Virus record (IMG/VR): IMGVR_UViG_3300007734_000759
Span: 23,154-87,153 of that record
DNA length: 64,000 nt
Source: a virus
Direction: 5' to 3' (one strand)
Shown: positions 28,769 through 38,654 of the stretch, one piece after another
Position numbering within the stretch: position 1 is the first letter of the stretch
Layout: each line of letters starts with the position of its first letter
Notes under the pieces: generated by a model
Database searches by the model: none
What the model was told of the DNA's origin: nothing
The model's input: the letters and a program-made list of their open reading frames with translations, nothing else
Position numbers and translations under genes: made by a program

Positions 28769-30333
28769 GTCAACCAGATTTAAGAGAGGCAATACGCCTA
28801 GAATTCATTAAATGTGCACAAGATCCAGCGCATTTTATGAAGAAATACTGTTACATTCAACACCCTCAGAAGGGTAGAATCCTATTTAATCTGTACCCTT
28901 TTCAGGGAAAAGTATTAAATTTATGGAAAGATAACAAGTATAATATCGTTTTGAAGTCGAGACAGTTAGGAATTTCTACACTTGGTGCAGGATATTCTCT
29001 ATGGTTAATGTTATTTCATAAGGATAAAAACGTACTTTGTATTGCAACTAAGCAAGAAACTGCTAAGAATATGGTTACCAAGGTGCGTTTTATGTATGAA
29101 CACCTACCTTCTTGGCTTAAAGTAACAGCGGATGAGAATAATAAACTATCATTAAGGCTGTCAAATGGCTCTCAAATCAAAGCAGTATCAGCTGCATCCG
29201 ATGCAGGTCGTTCAGAAGCTGTGTCATTATTGCTGATCGACGAGGCTGCTTTCATCGATGGCATTGGAGAAATATGGGCTTCTTCGCAGCAAACACTTGC
29301 AACGGGTGGGGGAGCAGTAGTATTATCAACTCCAAATGGAGCAGGTAACTGGTTTCACAAAACATGGGTAGACGGAGAATCAGGAGAAAACGACTTCTTA
29401 CCTATTAGATTACCCTGGAGTGTACACCCAGAAAGAGACCAATCATGGAGAGATACCCAAGATAAACTATTAGGACCACGAATGGCAGCACAGGAATGCG
29501 ACTGCAACTTTGATACATCAGGAGATGTAGTGTTCACATCTGAGGTACTAGAACAATACATGCCTATGATTCAAGATCCAATCGAACGTAGAGGGATGGA
29601 TAGAAACCTTTGGGTATGGGAACCAGTAGATTGGAGTAAGCAGTATATGGTTCATGCCGACGTGGCAAGAGGAGATGGAAAAGACTACTCAGCCTTCCAC
29701 GTAATGGATCTAGCAACTTGTACACAAGTGGCAGAGTATAGAGGACAAATCCCAACAAAAGAGTACGCTCAACTACTAACAGCAATAGCAACAGAATACA
29801 ACTCAGCACTCCTCGTAGTTGAGAATGCAAACATAGGATGGGCGGTTGTACAGGATATAATTGCTCTAGGCTATGCTAACCTACACTACACAGTAAAAGG
29901 AGAGCAGAACGCAGTAGAGACCTATATAAATGCATACGAAGATCCATCTAAGATGGTTCCAGGATTCACTACATCAGCTAAAACTCGTCCAATGATTATA
30001 GCTAAGATGGAAGAATATGTGAGAGAAGGTAGTGTTGTTTTTAAATCTAAACGACTGCTAGAGGAGATGAGAGTATTCATCTGGAAAAACGGAAGAGCAG
30101 AAGCGCTATCGGGATACAATGATGACTTAGTTATGAGCTTTGCTATAGGATTATATACAAGAGACACAGCACTGAGATATAGAGGTCAAAGTTGGGATAT
30201 GGGTAGAAGTATGTTTAATAATATGACTAAGGTTGATACGTTCTTACCTAAGAATTATGACGATTACAAAGACAGAAATCCATACCAAATGGATGTCAAT
30301 GGAGGACAAGAAGACATCCGTTGGCTATTCTGA
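28765..30333 (+). CDS. terL: Terminase large subunit
   Basis: KSRQLGIST Walker A, LLLIDEAAF Walker B, DVARGDGKD and DDLVM nuclease motifs; ATG 28765 overlaps the upstream TGA. Confidence 0.95.
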   Translation: MSQPDLREAIRLEFIKCAQDPAHFMKKYCYIQHPQKGRILFNLYPFQGKVLNLWKDNKYNIVLKSRQLGISTLGAGYSLWLMLFHKDKNVLCIATKQETAKNMVTKVRFMYEHLPSWLKVTADENNKLSLRLSNGSQIKAVSAASDAGRSEAVSLLLIDEAAFIDGIGEIWASSQQTLATGGGAVVLSTPNGAGNWFHKTWVDGESGENDFLPIRLPWSVHPERDQSWRDTQDKLLGPRMAAQECDCNFDTSGDVVFTSEVLEQYMPMIQDPIERRGMDRNLWVWEPVDWSKQYMVHADVARGDGKDYSAFHVMDLATCTQVAEYRGQIPTKEYAQLLTAIATEYNSALLVVENANIGWAVVQDIIALGYANLHYTVKGEQNAVETYINAYEDPSKMVPGFTTSAKTRPMIIAKMEEYVREGSVVFKSKRLLEEMRVFIWKNGRAEALSGYNDDLVMSFAIGLYTRDTALRYRGQSWDMGRSMFNNMTKVDTFLPKNYDDYKDRNPYQMDVNGGQEDIRWLF

Positions 30334-30358
30334 GTTGTCTATAAACAACTTATGTAGT

Positions 30359-30367
30359 ATATTTATA
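30359..30367 (+). promoter_or_regulatory. ATATTTATA putative late-promoter motif
   Basis: 10 nt upstream of the portal ATG. Confidence 0.6.
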
Positions 30368-30377
30368 ACAAAAACCA

Positions 30378-32279
30378 ATGGCAGATACTTCTGTATTTAG
30401 TAGATTAAAAAGATTATTCTCAACTGATGTTATAGTTAGGAATGTAGGAGGTAACCAACTGAAGGTTATCGACATTAACTCAATCCAACTTTCAGGTCAA
30501 ATTGAGACTAACTCCCTATACGATAGATTCACAAGACTCCACTTAACAGGAGCAGCTCCCGTATACAATCCAGCACTCAACTACCAAACTCTCCGTATTC
30601 AATTATACTCAGATTACGAAGCGATGGATACCGATGCTATTATTGCATCTGCTTTAGACATACTTGCTGATGAGTCTACTTTAAAAAACGACATGGGAGA
30701 AATTTTACAAATTAGAAGCTCCGATGAGACTATTCAAAAGTTACTCTACAATTTATTCTATGATGTAATGAATGTTGAGTTTAATTTATGGTCGTGGATT
30801 AGACAAATGTGCAAGTATGGTGACTTCTTTTTAAAATTAGAAATTGCTGAGAAGTTTGGAATATATAATGTAATTCCTTACACTCCTTATAACATAGTAA
30901 GAGAGGAGGGTTTTAATAAAGAAAATCCAACAGCAGTTAGATTTAAGTTTGATCCAGACGGATTGGGAGGAGGAAGCTCAGGGTACTACGGAGGTGCTCA
31001 AACAGCTTTAGAAACATCCAATACTATCTATTTTGATAACTATGAAATGGCACATTTCAGACTACTATCTGACGTAAACTTTCTACCATACGGTCGTTCC
31101 TATATTGAACCAGCTCGTAAACTGTTTAAGCAATATACTCTAATGGAAGACGCGATGTTAGTGCATCGTATTGTTAGAGCACCTGAAAAGAGAGTATTCT
31201 ATATCAACGTAGGAGGTATTCCACCTCAAGAGGTTGACGGATTTATCCAAAAGACAATTTCTAAGATGAAGAGAACTCCTTACGTAGATCAAAATACAGG
31301 AGAATATAATCTTAAATTTAATATGCAGAATATGATGGAAGACTTCTTCATCCCAGTAAGAGGTAATGATTCTGCAACTAAAATCGATACAACTAAAGGA
31401 TTAGAGTACGACGGCATTAAAGACGTTGAGTATTTGAGAGACAAACTATTCGCAGCTCTCAAAGTACCTAAAGCTTTTATGGGGTATGAAAAAGATCTAG
31501 AAGGTAAAGCAACGCTAGCATCGCAAGACATCCGATTTGCAAGAACAATTGAAAGACTTCAAAGAATTATCATATCAGAACTTACTAAGATTGGATTAAT
31601 TCACTTATATGTTCAAGGGTATACTGGAGAAGCTCTTACTAATTTCGAACTAGGAATGACTACTCCATCAATCATTTACGATCAAGAAAAGATCGCACTG
31701 CTGAAGGAGAAAGTTGACTTAGCTAAAAACATTATTGATGGTAAATTACTTCCATCCGATTGGGTATACGACAACGTATTCCACTTTAGCGAAGATCAAT
31801 ACGATGAGTATAGAGACTTAATTAGAGAAGATCAAAAACGAGCCTTCCGCCTTAATCAAATTATGAACGAAGGTAACGATCCACTAGAATCAGGCAAATC
31901 CTACGGAACACCACACGATTTAGCAATGCTATATGGAAAGGATAGAAATGAGGCTAATCAACAAAACCAAGTTCCATTAGGATACGAAGAGAAACCTGTA
32001 CTAGGTCGACCTGTTGAGAATCCAACAGATCGCAATACCCAAGATGATAACTTTGGTAAAGATAGATTAGGAACTCAGAGAATGAAGGACAGAGGCCTAG
32101 AATCAAACCCAGTAAAGCATGAATTCAAAGGGGGATCTCCATTGGCTTTGGAAACTACAAAGGCAGAGTATTTGAAAAATAAGCAATTACTAGAGCAATT
32201 AAACAACTCTAAGAAGATATTATTTGAACAAGGAAAGGTTGAAGAAGGTCTTTTAGATGAAAGACAAATTAGGGAATGA
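30378..32279 (+). CDS. gp20: Portal protein (T4 gp20-like)
   Basis: MEDAMLVHRIVRAPEKRVFYINVG, EDFFIPVRG and KLFAALKVP motifs; follows TerL. Confidence 0.93.
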   Translation: MADTSVFSRLKRLFSTDVIVRNVGGNQLKVIDINSIQLSGQIETNSLYDRFTRLHLTGAAPVYNPALNYQTLRIQLYSDYEAMDTDAIIASALDILADESTLKNDMGEILQIRSSDETIQKLLYNLFYDVMNVEFNLWSWIRQMCKYGDFFLKLEIAEKFGIYNVIPYTPYNIVREEGFNKENPTAVRFKFDPDGLGGGSSGYYGGAQTALETSNTIYFDNYEMAHFRLLSDVNFLPYGRSYIEPARKLFKQYTLMEDAMLVHRIVRAPEKRVFYINVGGIPPQEVDGFIQKTISKMKRTPYVDQNTGEYNLKFNMQNMMEDFFIPVRGNDSATKIDTTKGLEYDGIKDVEYLRDKLFAALKVPKAFMGYEKDLEGKATLASQDIRFARTIERLQRIIISELTKIGLIHLYVQGYTGEALTNFELGMTTPSIIYDQEKIALLKEKVDLAKNIIDGKLLPSDWVYDNVFHFSEDQYDEYRDLIREDQKRAFRLNQIMNEGNDPLESGKSYGTPHDLAMLYGKDRNEANQQNQVPLGYEEKPVLGRPVENPTDRNTQDDNFGKDRLGTQRMKDRGLESNPVKHEFKGGSPLALETTKAEYLKNKQLLEQLNNSKKILFEQGKVEEGLLDERQIRE

Positions 32280-32290
32280 TATATACACAT

Positions 32291-32299
32291 ATATTTATA
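32291..32299 (+). promoter_or_regulatory. ATATTTATA putative late-promoter motif
   Basis: Upstream of ATG 32314. Confidence 0.55.
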
Positions 32300-32313
32300 T
32301 AAAATACAACTCA

Positions 32314-33177
32314 ATGCTAGGCACATTTAAACACTCGAAATATAAAAACACGGGAATACTTTTCGAGCTACTTGCGAGGCAGATAACAGCTGACACTCTA
32401 TCAGGTAAGTCGACAAAGGCAGTTGATTTGCTAAAAACACACTTTGTAAAATCAGAATTAGGCAAAGAGTACAGGTTATACGAAACGTTAATGAAACAGA
32501 AGTCATTAACAGAGCCAAGAGCTCAGTTGGTTATTGAAACTCTATTAGATGCTTCTAAAAAACTTAATCGTAAAGTATTAAAGCGAGAAAAGTATAATTT
32601 AATTAAGGAAATTAAAAATCACTATAATTTAGAAGAGTTTTTTAAAACAAAACTTCCATATTACAAAACACAAGCCGCTTTTTATATTTTATTAGAGATG
32701 CATAACGCTGAAGAGCCGATCAACCCTTCACAAATTGTCCAAAATAAAATAACAATACTAGAACATTTAACATCTAAAAAAGTTGACGCAAACAAAGTAC
32801 AGTCAGAAGTTTTAGAGGAGTATGAAGGATACGATAAGGATCTACGTATTCTAGCGTACAAAATATTACTTGAGAAGTTTAACGGCAAGTATGCAGACCT
32901 TACAACCAAACAGAAACAAATCCTACAACAATACATTACATCGGTAGATTCACAACCTAAACTTCGTGAATATTACAACGTAGAAATTACTGAAATTAAA
33001 AAACAATTAACTAAAGTTTCAAAGCAGATTTCAAATAAAGTAGTAAAGATTAAAATAGAAGAAGTATTAAAATTTGCTACAGAAGTTGAAAAAACGACAC
33101 AGATTAACGGAGACGATATAGTAAACCTATTACAATTTCACGAACTGCTACACGAAATAAAAAAAGCTAATGGATAA
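32314..33177 (+). CDS. Helical hypothetical protein in head module
   Basis: Between portal and protease; ATG 32314 preferred because it follows the motif. Confidence 0.55.
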   Translation: MLGTFKHSKYKNTGILFELLARQITADTLSGKSTKAVDLLKTHFVKSELGKEYRLYETLMKQKSLTEPRAQLVIETLLDASKKLNRKVLKREKYNLIKEIKNHYNLEEFFKTKLPYYKTQAAFYILLEMHNAEEPINPSQIVQNKITILEHLTSKKVDANKVQSEVLEEYEGYDKDLRILAYKILLEKFNGKYADLTTKQKQILQQYITSVDSQPKLREYYNVEITEIKKQLTKVSKQISNKVVKIKIEEVLKFATEVEKTTQINGDDIVNLLQFHELLHEIKKANG

Positions 33178-33421
33178 AGGTAAACTTAGGGAGATTGTTA
33201 AGAAGATCATAAAAGAAATGTCTGTAACAGGTGGAGGAGTGGCAGGTGCAACTACCACCGCAGGAACAGGAGAAGGTGTAGCTACTAAGTATGCTTTTAA
33301 TCCAAATAGAAAGGCAAAAGGTACATCTCACAATTACTACACGGATAAGTTAGGATTCAAAGAAGCTCCCTCTGGAAGACCAAAGTCAAAAGTTATGGAT
33401 TATAAAGATCTATGGAAGTAA
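33170..33421 (+). CDS. Small putative internal head protein
   Basis: Leader MDKGKLREIVKKIIKE followed by a Gly/Thr-rich basic peptide. Confidence 0.5.
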   Translation: MDKGKLREIVKKIIKEMSVTGGGVAGATTTAGTGEGVATKYAFNPNRKAKGTSHNYYTDKLGFKEAPSGRPKSKVMDYKDLWK

Positions 33422-33436
33422 CTACTATTTATTAGC

Positions 33437-33601
33437 ATGAGAGATCTAGATGAAATATTAAATGAGTTAGAGCAAGCTAAAATGGAAGCACGAACTGCAC
33501 GGCAGCGTGTTAGTGATTTAGTAAGAGAAAGAAGAATAACTCGCAAAAAGACTCGTTTAGTAAACCTATTATACGAACTAATTAAAGAAAAAGCACTATG
33601 A
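33437..33601 (+). CDS. Small basic coiled-coil protein (54 aa; absent from ORF track)
   Basis: MRDLDEILNELEQAKMEARTARQRVSDLVRERRITRKKTRLVNLLYELIKEKAL; preceded by CTATTTATTAGC exactly as at 22257; ATGA overlap. Confidence 0.65.
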   Translation: MRDLDEILNELEQAKMEARTARQRVSDLVRERRITRKKTRLVNLLYELIKEKAL

Positions 33602-34641
33602 CGCTTCAACAACAATACAATTTAATCAAAGAAGGAAAAGGAGATAAAGCATATTTTCTTAAAAATGCTAAGTTTGAATTTCCAAACTTATTTAATGCAT
33701 ACACTTCTTACGAAGACGCAGCCACAATGCTAAAGGCTAAAGGACTGATTACAGAAGGAGTAGGAGGAGTAGTAACAGTTGGAAAAGACCAAGATTGGAT
33801 TGGAATCTTCAAACAAAACATTACAGAAGAAACTAAAGCAGTAGAAAAGAAAACCTCAAAAGAAGTTGAAGATGTGCTAGCTCATAACTACGATTATAAA
33901 GATCAAAAAAACATTGACAACTTAAATGGTCAAGCTTTTCTTCACGGATTCTACACAGAAATGCAAGATCCTAAGAATGAGGATAAAAATACAAACCAAG
34001 TTAAACAAATTGTAGCTAAGAATCTAGCAAAAGATCCACTATACTATACAAAAGATGGAATGTTTGGATTGAAAGGTGTAGGATATACAACAGAAGCTCC
34101 AGGCCTAGGAACACCAAAAGAACCTAAAGGTAGATACAAATCATCTGGATACGGAGACTTGAGAGAAGGTATAGAAAATAAAAAATTAAAACTACAGCGA
34201 ATCGTTAAACAAGGCTTAAAAGGATTAGATCTTTACAGAAACACCTCAAGCGATGGTGAGGAACTTTACTATTACGATGGAGATGTGTTATATAGTGTTA
34301 GGGATGATGGGTCAAAAGGACCTTCTGTTAGAATGAGTTTATTCGATATAACTGGATTGGAAGGAGAAGAACCAGAAAATACGTTCCTAAAACCAGGAGA
34401 AAAGCAAACCTTCAAACCTATACCAAGCCAAGCAGACACAGCAGGAGATAAACTAAGAGCTTCCACAGCCCGCTATAGTAAACTTAAAGAAATTATTCGT
34501 GAACTAGTCTTACAAGAGCTTAACGAAGAAACTCCAGCAGCCGATGCAATAGATAATCAAATCGATACGGTAAAAAAACAGTTAGGAGCTCTTTATACTA
34601 AAAAAGGACAGGAGTTGAGCAAACCAGGAACAGGATCGTAA
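33598..34641 (+). CDS. Modular putative prohead core / internal head protein
   Basis: Repeated LIKE, LITE, ITE, LRE and LNE sites; immediately upstream of the protease. Confidence 0.5.
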   Translation: MTLQQQYNLIKEGKGDKAYFLKNAKFEFPNLFNAYTSYEDAATMLKAKGLITEGVGGVVTVGKDQDWIGIFKQNITEETKAVEKKTSKEVEDVLAHNYDYKDQKNIDNLNGQAFLHGFYTEMQDPKNEDKNTNQVKQIVAKNLAKDPLYYTKDGMFGLKGVGYTTEAPGLGTPKEPKGRYKSSGYGDLREGIENKKLKLQRIVKQGLKGLDLYRNTSSDGEELYYYDGDVLYSVRDDGSKGPSVRMSLFDITGLEGEEPENTFLKPGEKQTFKPIPSQADTAGDKLRASTARYSKLKEIIRELVLQELNEETPAADAIDNQIDTVKKQLGALYTKKGQELSKPGTGS

Positions 34642-34642
34642 C

Positions 34643-35269
34643 ATGAGCAAGCAAGTATTAATAGAAACCCAAATCTTTAAACCTAAACCATTAACAATTG
34701 TTGAAGGTGTAGGAGGTACCAAGAACCTTTTGGTAGAGGGTATTCTTGCTACTGCTGAAGTGAAGAATGGCAACGGCCGTTACTATTCAAAAGAGTTGTG
34801 GGATAGAGAGATCGGCAAATACATGGAATTGGTTAGGGAGAGAAGAGCTTGTGGTGAGCTTGATCACCCCGATTCCCAAATTATAAACTTAAAGAACGTA
34901 TCCCACGTTATCACAGATATGTGGTGGGATGGGGATAAGGTAATAGGAAAAATTGAAATCCTACCAACCCCATCAGGAAACATTCTTACATCCTTGTTTG
35001 AAAACAGCATACCAGTAGGAGTATCTTCAAGAGGTATGGGGTCTCTAAAACAAGTAGGAGAAATCATGGAAGTACAAGATGATTTCGAACTCCTATGCTG
35101 GGACTTTGTATCAACACCATCTAACCCAGGATCATACATGGCTCCAGTAGGTAAGATGAGAATGAATGAAGGATTACAAGCTTCACAAGGAAGCACTGAC
35201 AAGTTTGCAAAAGTAAACCAAATCCTCACAGAAATTCTGTGTGCAAACGGTACTTGTCCATTATTTTAA
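34643..35269 (+). CDS. gp21: Prohead core protease (T4 gp21-like)
   Basis: GELDHP, GVSSRGMGS and WDFVSTPS motifs. Confidence 0.92.
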   Translation: MSKQVLIETQIFKPKPLTIVEGVGGTKNLLVEGILATAEVKNGNGRYYSKELWDREIGKYMELVRERRACGELDHPDSQIINLKNVSHVITDMWWDGDKVIGKIEILPTPSGNILTSLFENSIPVGVSSRGMGSLKQVGEIMEVQDDFELLCWDFVSTPSNPGSYMAPVGKMRMNEGLQASQGSTDKFAKVNQILTEILCANGTCPLF

Positions 35270-35299
35270 GCACCCCCCTATCGATAGTCTCGTTAGGCC

Positions 35300-35326
35300 A
35301 AGCCCTCTTCGGAGGGCTTTCTTTTT
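35300..35326 (+). terminator. Rho-independent terminator
   Basis: AAGCCCTC-TTCG-GAGGGCTT stem with UUCG loop, followed by TCTTTTT. Confidence 0.85.
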
Positions 35327-35368
35327 AAAAAAATTATATATATAAATATATTTTTGCAAAACTGCACC

Positions 35369-35376
35369 ATATTTAT
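35369..35376 (+). promoter_or_regulatory. ATATTTAT putative late-promoter motif before the long scaffold leader
   Basis: About 108 nt upstream of ATG 35485. Confidence 0.5.
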
Positions 35377-35484
35377 CCACGAATATGCTATTCCATTGTT
35401 AGGAGATTTTTATAGCATTACTGTATTATTGTTTATTTATTGCGTATCCAATATACGTATTCCCACAAAAAAATTTGAGGTAAA

Positions 35485-36822
35485 ATGTCAAGAGCATTAT
35501 TAAAAGAAGCAATTGCCGACGCAAAAGCCGTGAAGGAAGCTGCTATTGCAAACGCCAAGGCTGCTCTCGAGGAAGCATTTACACCACACCTGAAGGAACT
35601 TCTTGCTAGCAAACTGGAAAGTTTGGAAGAAGAAGAAATGGAAACTGAAGGAATGGGTAAAGCATCCAAGATGAAAAGAGCCATGGACGAGTATGGGATG
35701 GAGCATCCAGATATCGACATGGACGGCGATGGAGATGTTGACGCAGACGACGTCGCATTGATGAAGGAAATTGATCTCGATGAAATCTTAGCTGAATTAG
35801 ACGGCTTAGATGAAAAGAAGATCAAAACAGCTCGTCAAACAGACAACCGCGATGCGGAGGAAGAGGATAATCCATTTGATAAAGGTAGAACCAAACATCA
35901 ACCAATGGATGAAGCCAAGAAATCAGATGATTCTGAAGAAGAAGCAGATGATGAAGAATTTAACATGGATAACATTGAAAAAGCAATCAGAAAAGTCATC
36001 GACGATATGGTTGAAGCTGGTGAACTGGAAGCAGGAGAAGGCGAATCAAGAGAAGATGAGGATTCAATGAAAGACTTGGAAGATGATGCCATGGGTGAAG
36101 AAGATGAAGAGATTGACTTACAAGAGCTTATTAGAGAGATGAAAAAAGAAGAACAAATGCGTGAATATGTTGAAGGCGGACCTTCTTCTGAAAATGCTCT
36201 GTTGAAAGCCGTTGATGCTGCTCTTGAAAAGGGTGGTGAATTAGCTAAAAAACTATTGAAGCTACTAGCTAGTGGTGGTGGTGGTTGGCAAAGAGGTGGT
36301 ATGTATGAAGAGGACTTGAACGAATACGTTGAAGGTGGTCCTTCTTCTGAAAACGCTCTACTAAAGGCTGTTGATGCTGCTCTTGAAAAGGGTGGAGAAT
36401 TGGCTAAAAAGCTAATGGCACTACTTGCTCAAGGTGGTGGTGGTTGGGATCAAGGAGGTATTTATGAAGATGAGCTTAACGAAGCTTACTCTACCATTAA
36501 AACTCTCCGCTCTGAACTTAATGAAGTAAACTTGCTAAACGCTAAGTTGCTTTATACCAACAAAATCTTCAAAGCTAAAAACTTGACTGAAGGTCAAAAG
36601 GTAAAGGTTTTATCAACATTTGATAAAGCTACAACTGTAAAAGAAGTTAAATTGGTATTTGAATCACTAAGTACATCAATTGCTGCTTCTAACAGCACAG
36701 TTAAAGCTCCAATCAAAGAATCAATGGGCTTTGCATCTAAAGCTTCAGGCGTAGTTAAAAACAATCAAACGATTGAAACAGACGCTGTGATCGCTCGCAT
36801 GAAAAAGCTCGCAGGACTATAA
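35485..36822 (+). CDS. Prohead scaffold/core protein
   Basis: Highly acidic, between protease and capsid genes, ends IARMKKLAGL. Confidence 0.75.
   Translation: MSRALLKEAIADAKAVKEAAIANAKAALEEAFTPHLKELLASKLESLEEEEMETEGMGKASKMKRAMDEYGMEHPDIDMDGDGDVDADDVALMKEIDLDEILAELDGLDEKKIKTARQTDNRDAEEEDNPFDKGRTKHQPMDEAKKSDDSEEEADDEEFNMDNIEKAIRKVIDDMVEAGELEAGEGESREDEDSMKDLEDDAMGEEDEEIDLQELIREMKKEEQMREYVEGGPSSENALLKAVDAALEKGGELAKKLLKLLASGGGGWQRGGMYEEDLNEYVEGGPSSENALLKAVDAALEKGGELAKKLMALLAQGGGGWDQGGIYEDELNEAYSTIKTLRSELNEVNLLNAKLLYTNKIFKAKNLTEGQKVKVLSTFDKATTVKEVKLVFESLSTSIAASNSTVKAPIKESMGFASKASGVVKNNQTIETDAVIARMKKLAGL
36163..36480 (+). repeat. Two tandem 159-bp (53-aa) repeats within the scaffold
   Basis: EYVEGGPSSENALLKAVDAALEKGGELAKKL...GGGGW occurs at 36163 and 36322. 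Confidence 0.95.
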
Positions 36823-36853
36823 ATTAAAGTAAAACAAAAAAACTAAAAACGCA

Positions 36854-38563
36854 ATGAGCACAATTCAATCATTACTTGAATCAGCTAATCCTTGGAGAAA
36901 CGTACAATCTGACGCTGCAAGATTAGCAACCAAGTGGGCTAAAACTGGCTTGCTTGAAGGCCTAGATGGCGAAATCAATCGTAACAACATGGCTATGATG
37001 CTTGAAAACCAAGCTAAGCAACTTGTTGTTGAATCTTCAACTTCTGGTGGTGGTACCGCAGGTGGTACCTTTACTGCAGGTGTAGGTGAACAGTGGGCTG
37101 GTGTAGCTCTTCCATTGGTACGTAAGGTGTTTGGACAGATCGCTTCTAAGGAGTTCGTTTCTGTTCAACCTATGAACTTGCCATCTGGACTAGTATTCTT
37201 CTTGGATTTCCAATATGGAACTAACAAAAACCCATTCTCTAGCGCAGCAGGAGCCAACTCAGTATTCGGTGGAACTTCAACCCCAGGATCTTCTGCAGGA
37301 TATCCTTTCTCTACCAACAATGCAACCAACGGTTTGTACGGAGCTGGTCGTTACACCTACTCTACTAACTTGACTGGATCTCTATTGGCACAAGCAGCTG
37401 CTACCAACTTAGGTATCACAACTGCATCTGCTACTTGGGCTTCTTTCAACTTCGATGCTGATTTTACATCATCTTTTGGTACTTTTGACGTATACACTCT
37501 TACAAATGCTTCTACCAAACTAGTAAACATGGATAAAGAAGCAGTACGCAGCTTCTACATTTCTGGTTCATACACTGGTGCAACTAAAGCAGGTATCGCA
37601 TTGCCAGCATTCACAACTTATAATGCTACTACTGACGCTTTGTCCTTCATTGTAACTAAGTCAGCTTTCACAGGAGCTACTCCTCTAGCACCTACAGCAT
37701 TTACAGGTTCTTTCATCATCTCCTACTCAATGCAGCCTACTGACAATAAGAGAGGTGATTTTGAAGATACAAACACTACATTGAACCAAGCTTACAACAA
37801 CCCAATTTCTATTCCAGAAATCAACGTTCAGATGCAATCTCAAGCGATCGTTGCTAAAACTAAGAAATTGAAAGCTGTATGGACTCCTGAATTTGCTCAA
37901 GATTTGAACGCTTACCAAAACATTGATGCTGAAGCTGAATTGACTTCAATGATGTCTGAGTACGTTTCTCTTGAGATTGATTTGGAAATCCTAGATATGT
38001 TGATTCAAGATGCTGCTGCTGGTACTGAGTTCTGGTCTGCCGTTAACAACGTAGCTTACGACGGAACAGCTCTTACCACTCTTACCTCTGGTTTCTACAA
38101 CACTCAAGGTCAATGGTTCGCAACTCTTGGTACTAAAGTTCAAAAGCTTTCTAACAAGATTCACCAATTGACTCTTCGTGGTGGTGCTAACTTCTTGGTA
38201 ATGTCTCCAACAGTATCTACTATCTTGGAATCAATTCCTGGATTCGCTGCTGATGTGAACGGTCAAACTGAGAAAATGAACTATGCTTTCGGAGTACAGA
38301 AAGTAGGTCAATTGAACGGTCGCTATAAGGTTTATAAGAACCCATACATGACTGAAAACACAATCTTGGTTGGTTTCCGTGGTTCTCAGTTCTTGGAAAC
38401 TGGTGCTGTATTTGCTCCTTACATTCCATTAATTATGACTCCTCTTGTGTACGATCCAAACACCTTCACTCCACGTAAAGGTCTATTGACTCGCTACGCT
38501 AAGAAGATGTTGCGTCCTGAGTACTATGGTAAGATCTACGTATCTGGCTTAACTACTATCTAA
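36854..38563 (+). CDS. gp23: Major capsid protein (T4 gp23-like)
   Basis: FVSVQPMNLPSGLVFFLDF, KLKAVWTPEFAQDLNAY, APYIPL and FTPRKGLLTRYAKK motifs. Confidence 0.95.
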   Translation: MSTIQSLLESANPWRNVQSDAARLATKWAKTGLLEGLDGEINRNNMAMMLENQAKQLVVESSTSGGGTAGGTFTAGVGEQWAGVALPLVRKVFGQIASKEFVSVQPMNLPSGLVFFLDFQYGTNKNPFSSAAGANSVFGGTSTPGSSAGYPFSTNNATNGLYGAGRYTYSTNLTGSLLAQAAATNLGITTASATWASFNFDADFTSSFGTFDVYTLTNASTKLVNMDKEAVRSFYISGSYTGATKAGIALPAFTTYNATTDALSFIVTKSAFTGATPLAPTAFTGSFIISYSMQPTDNKRGDFEDTNTTLNQAYNNPISIPEINVQMQSQAIVAKTKKLKAVWTPEFAQDLNAYQNIDAEAELTSMMSEYVSLEIDLEILDMLIQDAAAGTEFWSAVNNVAYDGTALTTLTSGFYNTQGQWFATLGTKVQKLSNKIHQLTLRGGANFLVMSPTVSTILESIPGFAADVNGQTEKMNYAFGVQKVGQLNGRYKVYKNPYMTENTILVGFRGSQFLETGAVFAPYIPLIMTPLVYDPNTFTPRKGLLTRYAKKMLRPEYYGKIYVSGLTTI

Positions 38564-38586
38564 TAATAACTTGATCTAATTCTTAC

Positions 38587-38611
38587 AAAGGGAGCTTCGG
38601 CTCCCTTTTTT
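38587..38611 (+). terminator. Rho-independent terminator after the capsid gene
   Basis: GGGAGC-TTCG-GCTCCC followed by TTTTTT. Confidence 0.9.
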
Positions 38612-38615
38612 GTTG

Positions 38616-38624
38616 ATATTTATA
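38616..38624 (+). promoter_or_regulatory. ATATTTATA putative late-promoter motif
   Basis: Immediately after the terminator, upstream of phoH. Confidence 0.6.
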
Positions 38625-38654
38625 TTAGAGTTACGATAATTAAATAACGTTTCA

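Noticed and set aside
35341-35348. Canonical T4 late promoter TATAAATA upstream of the scaffold
   Set aside because: Single occurrence within an AT-only tract, not repeated before other late genes, so likely chance
28765-38563. Inteins or introns in TerL, portal or capsid genes
   Set aside because: Lengths and motif order are continuous; no C...HN splice motifs or LAGLIDADG segments seen
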